Positions 27,001-38,543 of a stretch of DNA of 64,000 nucleotides are shown here, piece after piece. How positions within the stretch are numbered: position 1 is the first letter of the stretch; every line of letters starts with the position of its first letter. The DNA is taken from positions 13,194,242 through 13,258,241 of the forward strand of contig CM082580.2 in assembly GCA_040954595.2 (NCBI GenBank), read 5' to 3'. Below the pieces are notes generated by a model that saw nothing but the letters and a program-made list of their open reading frames with translations, was not told the DNA's origin and made no database searches. Made by a program: the position numbers and the translations under genes. This DNA is from Balanoglossus misakiensis. Lineage: Eukaryota > Animalia > Hemichordata.

Positions 27001-29495
27001 TTCTCAGCGCAACTCACAGGCGCAGTGAGACACTCATTCATTTCCAATTTCTTGTACACCAAGCAATCTTGATGCACTTTTGCAAAAGAAAGAATTTTGC
27101 GCAACAACTAAACACGTAAGGATATCTATGACATGGATGTTGCAGCGTGACTGACGTCAAATAGATGAATATATAATGGACAACGGCACCAAAATGTTTT
27201 TATACACAATTCCAAGAACAAAAGTCGGACTGCATCGTCTCTTATGACAAACACACAAACCAAATGATGTAACTTCAAAACTTTTCTCTCTGTAACGATT
27301 TTTTTAGAAAGAAGATCTAGAGCAGACTGTCCCAAATACATCATAAAATATGCATGATTTACACATGCAATATTCCATGGAAGTTCAGTCTAATCCTTGC
27401 TTTGGTTTGCAGACAGCCCTGGGAATACAAACTAATTCCCTGCATATACATGGGAAATATCTTTGGAGTCCAGAGGGAATACACTTCACTCAGCTTATAA
27501 TTGCAGACACTTAAACAGTCCACTATCACGCCTATGTGGCAAGTCAGATCAGAATGGATGCCTATATTACGGGCCAGATGAATGATTTAAAGACTGTGTC
27601 CAGGAAATGTCAGAATGTCATTACACTTTCCTTTCCACATATTTCTAATCAAATTCTGACACAAGTAAACCAGGAAATCTGAAAGACATACTACATACAT
27701 ATATTATATATCACAGAATGCTGATTTGCAGCACTAGGTTTCTGAATTACAAAGATTCAAATATTTGTGCTCAGTTTCTAGCAAACACGGCACGATGAGT
27801 ATATAGACACACAGCTGCGATTCCTCACAGCACAGTATTTTGATGAGAAATTCTCCACAGTTGAGAAGATGATCCCATTAAATATTTTGTGAATGTAATC
27901 ATTGTTGATGCAGGTGACACACGCGGGAACTGCAATATTCATAATCTTGATGGAACAACAACCTGTGATATTATATATCAGACCCGGGAGACCTCGGCTA
28001 CAAAACAAGGCATGTCATACCAAGTTAGGGAATAATATGACCAAAGGCTAGGTGTTCCTTGGAGCCAAGGGAAATAGTGGCTATATTCACAGTGGTGCAG
28101 GTTATACTAGAAATGGTACAAGTTGCCAAGAGTGTCTTTGAGTTATGTTTTGGGGTCATTTTTACACCCCAATTATAGCCTAGGCAACTGCAGATGTGTG
28201 ATACTTGGGCCAACTGACAAATGATAAGGAAGTCATTAACAGGATTTTTATAAAGCATCAATAATACTGAGATAATTCTGTGAATCCGCTCAGTGATGCA
28301 GCTTGAAATGATAACAGATGTTTAATATCTGACAGCATGCATGCTCCAAACGCCTTCATGGCACAGCTTGGTGTGTGAGATTCTCTTTCTCACAAGACGA
28401 GTACCGAGATGAATTATACACACCTTTAGAAATGCCGTTTTTTTTTTCTAATACACAGATATGAATCTGAGGCTCCCACTTTCATTCTAAATCTAATTTA
28501 TTTTCACACATTTTTTTCTGTCAACCAGTAGCTGGGGTCACACAAAACCTTGCTCCTCAGCAATTAAAAATCAACCCATGCACACAATATAAGTGTTTTT
28601 TTTCACTCCAATTCTGGTTATAATACATGTAATCACTGGGACTCAATTTATACGATATTGCAATCGTATACATGTATCAATAGTCCTCCCTGCCTTCCCT
28701 TGTACATGTACTAGTTGCAGTAACTGTCAACCTTTATGTGGGTTTTGTCAACTCCCCTATTGATGATTCATTTCCTCTCAGAGAAACTGCTCCACACAGA
28801 ACCAATAAATTTTTTGCTGAATTCTGAGATTATCGCTGACTGCAATTCCAGAGCAAGCTAGTCTGAACGGAATATTGATTTACTTTACTGTAGCTTTCTA
28901 TATACTGACGAAAAACCTCCTGGCTTCTAATTATGCTTCATGTCAAATATCTGTCACGGGAAGTCCTTTACTGATTTTTTCCCCAGGGCATCAACATTGT
29001 ATAGTCTCAATGCCTAGGGTGAATTCCGTTTGCTTTTTTCCTCCTTTACAAAAAAACATTAACGATAACCAGGTTTCAAGAATTTCCATTACCACTGTGA
29101 GAGCATAGCCTGCGTTAAGAAACCGCACACGGCTAAAATTCAAATTCCCAGACTATAGTATTAGGCAAATGTGTCCTGACAAGTGGGATCAGCAAATGAA
29201 CTTAAATGTCATGTCAAGGCTGTGTATTATCGACAAACCTGAACTCGCTGATTGATTCCCCTTTGACAAATACATGTACATGTAGATGTCGGCACGAGAG
29301 AGCTGACGGACTTAAAAGAAACATGGCCTGAAAGTTGAAACATACCTGGCTGCCTGTTATCATTTGCTGTACACTGCTCACTGAGGTGGTGATGGGGACA
29401 CTGTGACCTGTGACCTCTTGACCACGGACATCTGCCTGCCCCTCGGCTGTCACACCATCGGCTACCCCTGTCTGTTGAGTAGCGTCCCCGTCCAT
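20419..29495 (-). CDS. POU6: POU class VI homeobox transcription factor (POU6F1/POU6F2 co-orthologue), about 657 aa, 7 coding exons
   Basis: Exons 29495-29346, 26328-26190, 25079-24949, 24307-23449, 23271-23083, 21268-21103, 20758-20419, phase-consistent (1974 nt). Start in ACCATGG with in-frame stops just upstream. POU-specific domain NLEEIREFAKQFKIRRLSLGLTQTQVGQALSATEGPAYSQSAICRFEKLDITPKSAQKIKPVLERW and homeodomain KKRKRRTSFTPQALEVLN...VRVWFCNKRQALK are diagnostic of class VI. The N-terminal exons rest on splice and phase fit only. Confidence 0.93.
21483..21655. mobile_element. Short MITE-like inverted-repeat element in a POU6 intron
   Basis: Perfect 16-bp inverted repeat TCCTTACATCCTGGTA (21499-21514) / TACCAGGATGTAAGGA (21632-21647), with outer ATGACCT/AGGTCAT. 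No coding capacity. Confidence 0.5.
24020..24154 (-). repeat. Coding CAG/CAA trinucleotide repeat (polyglutamine) in POU6
   Basis: Encodes Q7-A-QQ-TL-Q6-LH-Q25. The uninterrupted Q25 is at 24020-24094, built from alternating CAA and CAG blocks. Confidence 0.95.
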
Positions 29496-32247
29496 GGTGA
29501 TCAGAATGAATGGTCAGTGGGATTATCTGTGAAAGACAGCAAAAGAGGAAATGTCAATTCACCAAACAGGTTTCAGTCAAAAGATAAAAACTGAACTATT
29601 TGATTGTGTGTTTGTGGCCATTTTGGCACTACTCTGCAAAATCTTGCTGTATGCAATTTCGGCTCCTGCTAAAGAAAAAACATGATTAAACCTGTAAAAA
29701 CCAAACCAGTTCACTGAATATTGTGTACACTGTACAGTGAATAACATTTTCAAAGCTTTGACTTCAGTCAATTTGAGGATCTCTAGACAGTCCTTTGCAA
29801 CAGCCCTCTACCTTTATGTGTAATAGGGATAATTTTCTTGCATCGCCAGTGAATTTATTCAGCTAGTGGCATATCATACAATGTATTGTATTAGCCTAGA
29901 GTGTACACAGGTATAGGGACCCAGATAACACTGCCTCAATTACAGCCCATGCAACACAAAAAAACTTGCATAGATTTGTGAGTTTGTATGGAAAATACTG
30001 AACTACTTGTAAGGCTACTCCTGTCTAGAAACGGCGACACTTTCATTTCTTTATCTGAAAAAAAGTGATGCCCTGAGCGCTTGGTAAAATGCACTTGATT
30101 TCCTGTCTACATGTTGGCACTGATGGAAAATTGCAAATTGAAGCAATACTGTACGTAGCCTGGAAAATTAATCATGGTGCACAGCATCAGGTACAATCCA
30201 AGGCTGACATTTGGATTTTATAAAAAGAACTGAAACTTTTATTTCAGCAACTACATATAGGTGAGCATTACCTGCACCAGTCAGGTCAGCGTACTAGCTA
30301 CATTAAATAGAATAGAAAAGTTTCCAAGGCAATGACATTTCTTCAAAGAAAATAACATTTGGGCACACACGTTTATCTTTTGAGTTTATGGACAGCCAGG
30401 GTAACATGGCAATTCATCAGAGCCATCAAAAGAACAGTGTGGTCATCCATCTTTATCAATATCCACAACTTAATAGCTGCTAGATTACCAGTATCTCTTT
30501 GAAGTCAGCTTGATTTATTTCCCTATATGCTAATATCAGGCAAAATTCACCCATAAATCTATTCTGGTATCGAAGTTTGATAACAGACGAAGAGAACGAG
30601 AAAGTGAGTGCAATCTAATTAGCTTCATTGCTGCAGAACTGACCTTCAACACACGTATTCTCTGTTCTCTAAGAATCAAAAAATCGAAAGCAAAGCAGAG
30701 TGAAATGTGTACATCTCTGTTTTCTGGAAACAGCAAAGCGCAAGTTGCACACAACCACAATGGCGCCTTGTTGTAAGAAAACTCAAGCACTGAATGGATA
30801 AACTCAACACAATATTAAATTGATGTAGACATGCATGGCATAGCTGCAATTTATTCTGCAATGTTTACTAACTTAAAACTAAACTACACAGTGATGTCTT
30901 CCAAGGTGAGCAACACCCACAGAAGATGACAATTGATGTTTTCACCTACTTGGGAAGAAAGAGGTGATGACATTATGTTGATGCCTTTCGAAAAACACCT
31001 TGTAATAACCCTGCTTCAAATTAGTCTGTCAACTTCATAGGCACCAGACAAATCAACAATCAGAGGGGCTTCATATGTACAAATGAGAATGCTGTATACA
31101 TGTTGTCCAGTTCCACATTTTGATGGATGAAGGAAAATACAAGACAAGATCATCAATTTCCACATATAGCAACTGTGGCATTCAAACTGTGGTTCTGAAT
31201 AGGAGCACAAAACATTTCTCTTATACTGCTGAAAAACACAACATGATACTTTATGAAATTTGCTAATTCCAACTCTATACTTCGCTTATCATGTCAAACA
31301 TGACTAAAGTAAACTCATCTTTTTCCTGATGCTTTAAAATTCACCCTTTCCCATGAGTTCTCTGTGAATTCGGAATCACATTTGGATGCGACGTACAATA
31401 GCAAGCAAGGTCAATGTAAAATACGCCCCTAGTTAAACTGCAAACTAAAATCCTGGAAATTAAAAATCCCCATTATCAATCACATAAGCCCCCGTCAAAC
31501 TGATCAAGGTCATGGGTCTTTGTGTCACTCGCATGAGTTAAAACACAAAGGATTGCAACAGTCACAAAACGCGATTGAAAATTTTACATTAGCGAGTTTG
31601 TGCATGTACATGTACCTTCAAATATAAGCATTGCTGAGACAAATGTCTGAACACGTGCCTCGTAGAATTGAAAGCTCAAGTTCACTTGTTCACAGAAATA
31701 ATACACATGAAAATACATACATACAAATGTATAATAATTATATACGAGTACAGAGAACATGATTTCAAAGGCGAGAGAAAAAATTGTGGTTCACCTGTGT
31801 TGTTGAATCACCACAGAAAGACGGCATTTTCCTGGACATATTCATCTCCGTACCAATCCTTTGTTTCAAACACACACCTTTTCCCAAACACAAAGCTTTC
31901 CACATGAACACACTGGAATAAAACCTGCCATCGGATAACTGCTGCTAATATCCCCTCAACACAATGACAACACGGAAAATCTTCCTCCGACACAAGCAGG
32001 CAGGAAAAAAATCAACCGGCAAAAGAACGATCACTCCACACACTCAATGTGAACACTTTTCATAAAATATGAAAAACCTGATTACTGAAGCTAATGAAAT
32101 ACATCCATTAACCAAATTTCAGAACTTTAATAATTATGATTACTGTAATATCAAATGATGTTAAATTTCATAATTTATATGACGCGCACACAAAGTGATG
32201 ATGTTGACCACCAAAGCAAAACTATAATGTTATGCTCATAGACTTAC

Positions 32248-32560
32248 CTTGTTTCCCGTCTACCTTTCACCAAGTCAGAGATACTTCTCTTCTACCTGGC
32301 TTTTTTGTCCTGATTTTTCCTGTTTCCCCTAAAATAGATGGGAAGGCAACAAATGTCCTCCTCCTCCTCCTCACTGCCTGCTTTTAATCTTGCTGGACGT
32401 TCTCTGATTTCATTACTTTTAATTGGATTACCGTTGATTGGGAACTGCTGTTTAGAGCTGGCTGCAATTTGCCACTTTTCAACAACCAATCCAACACATG
32501 GTACACTGCATTCCAATGATACCTCTCCAACCTGCTAGCCAGTTACCTTGGCAACCAGAA
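32248..32560 (-). other. Candidate alternative first (non-coding) exon or promoter of POU6
   Basis: Consensus donor AAG|GTAAGT at 32246-32247 and near-consensus RFX X-box GTTACCTTGGCAAC at 32542-32555. The 5' boundary is uncertain. Confidence 0.35.
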
Positions 32561-35500
32561 ATCCCAAGACTCTGCCATTATTTCCTTGGCCTGGCTGGAT
32601 AAATCTGACACACCCCAAATATCGAGCGCGTCGAGATAAACTATAATCACCTTACATTTTTTGTCATTTAAATTATACATAAAAATCAGCACTTCATTGA
32701 GCCAGGATGTTCTCTAAAGGGCAATTACAATTTTTCTTTTTTACATTCTCAGGGTGTTCTGTCGTCTAGAATGATGAGAAACTCCTTCAATATTTCCCAA
32801 GACAAACCCCCCTGAGAGAATTTTTCATCAAAGCTGCCATGTAATTTTTGAATATTTTACGAGCAGGTCGTCACTGGCATATTGTTCAGCTGAATGCATT
32901 TGTCAAACTGACAGCTCATGAACAGACATTAAATACAAGGGTATACCACTCAACGAAGTAACTGCCATGGAAACCGACATATTTTGTATTCAGAACAAAA
33001 TTTCTCGGTTAATACAACACATTTATCAAATGAGAGTGATTTTTCATGTATGTAGTTCCATGCTATCACCTGGAAGGAAGAAGATAGCACTGTTCAGAGA
33101 TGACGATTTTGCCCCTCACAAGATTGTGCTACCTCCCCCGCAATCAGTCCAACTGACTGGACACATTCTGGTTCATTAGATATACAATAAGTGGCAATGT
33201 GCAGAGGAAAATCATTATCAAACTGTATGACCTGAAACCTGACCCTAGGATACTAATCAGACTGCTTAGATTCCATCTCCAATAAACATAATCTATAATA
33301 CTCTCAGAGAAAAGCTTGCCTGGCGCATTAATAATCAATGCTGGTAGCAGTAAATGGACTTCTCTCCGATGTAATGTCAGCTTCCTGTCTGGATCAATCT
33401 GACAGGCCTCACATCAAAGGATGGGGACACATGCTGGGTTTTTCCACATCTCCCTCTTCTAGATAAAACTAAGATGTCACGACACTAAATTTTCCATTGC
33501 CACGGACTCACAAATTAAAGGTGCTCTTGTGAGTGATGAATAAGTGGATTGCAGAAGCAAGGCTTGCCATTTGCATTTCATAAATTAAAAGTTTTAAGTA
33601 AATGTACATATTAAATTTATTAATGAATATACACTACACAGTACATTTTCTGGCATTTACCTACACAGTGACATGATAATGTAGGGCAATCGATGCAGTT
33701 TTTTTATTCATCTTCAGGAATTAGACAATATTAATACTTTGGCAAAAATAAAATTTTCAGACCACTTAGTATGTAACTTAAAATATGATGACAAATTACA
33801 ATTTTGTAATATTGTAATCAAACTATTTACGATAAATTACAATGCGTAAAAAAATATTTAACCCTTTTCCAGTTTTACACCAAAATAAAAATAAATGACT
33901 GCAACTTGGTGCTATAGATAGTTATCCTTTTCAATAATGAGTATGACTGTAACTGGAGGATTCCAATTTCAAGAAGCCAAGGAAATTTTGCAAATTGAAA
34001 ACGACAGAAAGCAAACCTAATATTGTATAGCGGTCTCTCTTTTCCCTTGATTGGACCAACTGACCTAAAAGTAATCCAACATGCTGATATTATAAATGTT
34101 CAAATGGAAATGAGTGATCCATGATTCAGACTCAAACAAAGGCCAGCCGTCCCTCTTGACAGATGATATTTTGTTGTAATATTCTCTCCGATGAAACTCA
34201 GCTCATTAAAACTCGTCTTTCTCCTCAAAGCTATAACTTCTATGAAGCAGAAGAAAAGGAAGAGGCAGTTGCTAGGCAACCAGGCTAATACTGCTTAAGG
34301 ATGAAACACTGCTAATCTTGAGATTCGGGGATGAAATTCAAGATGACTGCATGTCACCATGGCAATACGAAATTTCTTCTAATTTATTTCCTGAGTTTTA
34401 CCTTTAAGTAGAATCTCCGTGAGATGAGGCAGCATTGTACAAAAATAAAGCCCCAGGTTAACCAACCTCTGTTCCTTTGAATAAGCGACATACGATGGCA
34501 TAGTGTCAGGAAGCTCAAAAGTATTAAGTCAGGCAGATAAAGTTTACCCCATGCAGTTTCTAGGTGTATTGCCAGGGTACATTTTTCTTCTATGAACCAA
34601 GAATTACAATAAATCTATGATTGATATAAGGTTTGAAGGGAAAAAAATTGAACTTATCAGAGTTCATACATGACACTTTTGCTGTATCTGAAATGCTAGA
34701 ATAGCAAGAGATGTACACTCTACATGACTATGAGACAACAGTTCCTTTCTGAAGGAAATACTTCAAAGTTGTTTCATTTGAGCTCTGACATGTAGATTGG
34801 CTTGAAAACTACAAGTAATTATGGTCAAAATTAAAAATTAAATCAGTAACAAAGAATGATGAAAATGGTAAGTTTCAGATCTGAAAGAGACATACATCTG
34901 GTGAAGTGCACATTTCCACAACAAACATGTAGTCTTAGTCTTTACATTTACTGAAAGAAAGATTGCTGTTGTGGTGAGTGCAATACACAAGTTAACCAGA
35001 AGCATGAACTAAATTCACCTGTCTGTGCGGATGTTGTGGGTCAAAGTCAATGTCGCATTGCTTTCCAAGTTACTCTCCAAAGAGTCAATTAATGTCAAGG
35101 GGTCAAGATCCTTTCAGTCACAAAATGCTATTACTGCAAAACTCTATATGCTCATGGGAAAAATAAACATGATATAAAGCTGAACTGCACGGCAGCAGGG
35201 ATCACCTGATGGCCATTCCAGGCTTGTCCATACTTTTTAAAATAATTGACACTAACATGAAGTGACTGAAATATGCAGAGTATGCAGGCATGGGAGGGAA
35301 CACTTTACATATCCGTAATTCATGCTCAGCATTAGCTGTCTGGGAAACACATTTACCCTGTCCTACTGAATGACAAGCTTTGTGATGACAAGTGCTCACT
35401 CAATAGGAAGACTTCCAGTTTCTCCATTGAACACCAGGACAGAGAGTTCAACAACTCCACAACACAACACATTTGCTTGTAACTAGAATATTGAGAACAG

Positions 35501-37913
35501 GCTACAGATACAATACCTCCGTTAGAAAAACTCCCGTATTTATTACACAGTCAATTTCTTTCACCAGGCATTGTTTTTGGCCTGCCTGTAAATATTCAAT
35601 AAAATGTTTGACATTTCTTCAAGGGAAAAACCATAACTTACAAAAGCATGAAAACAGCATTATAAATTACTTTCATATTGAGCGATCATGTAATACGGAG
35701 ATGCTTTGTTGATTGGGATATTTGTACTCTTAACACTTCTACGATATTTCATCATACCGTGTCTAAGTGAACACAAAAGAATAATCTTTTATAAATCAGA
35801 ATGTAAATGAGCTCATTTCCTTACCAGCTCAGGGCCCAGTCAAAGTAAAATTAACATGAGAATACACAATGTTTTGAATAACAAAAGCACAACGATGTAA
35901 ATTTGAAATTCTAGTATTGTATATGCCAGAATAATTTTTCCCAATACACTGTCTACATGTATGGTTTAAGCTTCATGGTAATATGAACAATGTATTGGCC
36001 TGAAAGAACAGCATAAATTTCAGTCTTGCATATATAATTATGAAGTGCAGAAAGCAGATGAAATGCACATATATATATATTGAAAATTCATCTCCAATAC
36101 CACTTTCATTTCTCTTGCTACATTATTTATTAGGAGAACAGCTAGATGTCAAGGACCAGTCCGATTTGATAATAGTCTATTATTCTTTATCAACCAATCT
36201 TCGACAACCACCAATTAATTGGATGGCATCCTACACTTCCTTCTTCACCCTTTGTTCAATCATGGTATATTTTCCAGTATCTATGAACACCACAAACCTT
36301 TCTTATACATCACATTTGAAAATAACTTATGAACCACACCACAGTACACAGAGGCCATGGAGTTTTGTTGTTATTGAATTTGTTTCATTTCAGCTGCATA
36401 ACTCTGGATTTTCATTTGAGAGTGATGCACAAGTGATGTACCCAGGGAAGGCTGTTGATTGGCCAAGTTATGTAACTATTGTTATGCAAAGAGGGGGGTC
36501 ATGTTGGGTCAGCAGCAGTTTAACCAGCAGTGATGAGATTGTGCACAGAATGATGGTTAGTTCATCTCTTACAAAATCAATCTAACTAAGAAAAAAAGAG
36601 CAACAAGACAGCTCGATTTATGTATGCTGTGCTGCATACAGTGTGATACAGTAATTGTACAATGGGTAATTTCCACCAATATCTGGCATATGCTACCTCT
36701 TACAGTGGTGCAATTGTGAAAGTGATTGTCTGCTGTGGCCATCCAGGCATGTAAAGTGAAAAAGACTACCTGGGACTAACAGTGACATTGCCAGTGGTAT
36801 AAAACTCAATATTCCTTTGTTGACACAAATTCTGATCATCTAAGTGGGAAGATATAAGCCGGGTGTGAGCAGAGCTCCATGGTCAATCAGAGAGTATCAG
36901 TATACATCAAAATACCAGATCATTAAAAAACATAATCATATACAAATCCTGACTATAGACTGGGTAGCATCTATTGGCTTTATTTCAAATACACCAATAC
37001 AGTTTAATGAGATTAACTTAAGTTATAAAAATAGTGGATTTGGGCTTAAAACCCACTGAACTGTTGCAAAGAGAAATAGATCACAGTCTCTGCCTGTATT
37101 TTTTGTGATAAACCTCATAAGTAAAAGATAAGCCATATGGTGAAGCCCACAAATGATCCTGTAGCAGGTATCAATGCGACAAGAGTTAATATTTTTATTT
37201 AAATCAGTAGCTTATATCTATACGGCTAAACCTTTTTCAATTTTGACCAATGTGAGTTAAATTATGAAAGGACGAACAACTGAATGAATTTATGAATGAA
37301 GTGCCATCATGATTTTGCTACTGTATAGTTCTAACTGGTCATGTGGCCTCATCCATGCTTGAAATGAGCAGCCCTTGTACGATTTCACTCACAAACACAG
37401 CACTCCCTTTTCTCCGTCTGCGACATCACCATGGCGTTTTCACCTCGTCTGAAGTGAATTCCTCAGGCGTAAAGAGGGAAAAATAAAAAATCCTGCAACG
37501 AGCCTCATCCGCATCCCTGAACGCGCCCCATCTTTTGAGGAAAACGATCAGGCCCCTAGTGTATATAGCTAGGACTCAAACCAAAATTCGTTCTCACATG
37601 TGCTGGAAATTATCGTCGGCTTTCGGGAAAAAATTACAATCGAGTATAATTATCTACTCGTTTGCATAGAGATCTTCTCAGAAAATACCTGCAATGAATA
37701 ATTCATGGACGCAGAAACTGATCAACGACGCAAACGAGCGCCTAGATCGCGGCTCGCTCATCATGAGCCTGCTTGTCCAGAGTCTGGTGCCATAATGACA
37801 CAAACAAAATGTACTCGAATAAAATGGCGAATTAACTTCCACATTTTTTATAAATTATGATAATTTGCATAAATATTATAATATAAATTTCAAAATTTAA
37901 AATATACGCTTAC

Positions 37914-37976
37914 CGCAAAGTTAGCCTTTTAACTCTTGGGTGTCAGCCGATGTAGGCGACGGTGATTTCGTGGGGC
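37914..37976 (-). other. Candidate non-coding 5'UTR exon of POU6
   Basis: Minus-strand acceptor TTTTGCTTGCCAG| at 37977-37978 and donor GCG|GTAAGC at 37912-37913 define a 63-nt exon downstream of the candidate first exon ending at 38175. Confidence 0.5.
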
Positions 37977-38174
37977 CTGGCAAGCAAAACGGTGAAAAAT
38001 GCTGTATCTGGTACATGCCATAGGCCACATAATAACAATCACAATAACACACGTGCGGTTTTTAATAAATTATGCTAATAATAAATCTCATTATTTCACA
38101 AATTAATACTACTGACACCAGAAAAATAAAAATTCAAGCAAGAGCCCCACATTTTTCACATTTACGATACTCAC

Positions 38175-38543
38175 CGAGAATTTTTCGAAAGAATGCAGCG
38201 TCGATAGTGTAACAAACGGCCAGCTCAAGCGAGCAGACATACAGTATGCAAATAAGGTTAAAATATACAACAGTGGGCTCTTCACATTTAGTATTGATTT
38301 ATTTTAATCCGCTGAAACATAATTTATCCTTGCTTGTTGAAACATGGGAATTTTGATCAAAATAATAGTTATGTTGCCACTTGATAATATATCGCCATTA
38401 AATACGAAAATCTTATGAAATTATGACAAAATTCATGGTAGTTTTATTTGTGCGGAAGAATATATCAGAGTGATACGTCCGATATCAATTTATTCGCTGC
38501 ATAAATTTAAATATCAAATTAGAGTCCCATGACGTCATACAAG
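38175..38543. promoter_or_regulatory. Candidate bidirectional promoter between POU6 and VPS41
   Basis: Lies in a CpG-retaining island (about 37.4-39.2 kb). A minus-strand donor (TCG|GTGAGT, 38173-38174) and the VPS41 ATG (38544) are about 370 bp apart. Contains octamer ATGCAAAT 38246-38253, palindromic CRE TGACGTCA 38530-38537, and YY1-like CAAGATGGCTGC 38540-38551 over the ATG. Confidence 0.65.

Noticed and set aside
36040-36585. 181-aa plus-strand ORF inside the POU6 5' intron
   Set aside because: It has no recognisable domain and intron-like composition, and opposite-strand frames have many stops. Treated as a chance ORF or unidentifiable relic.
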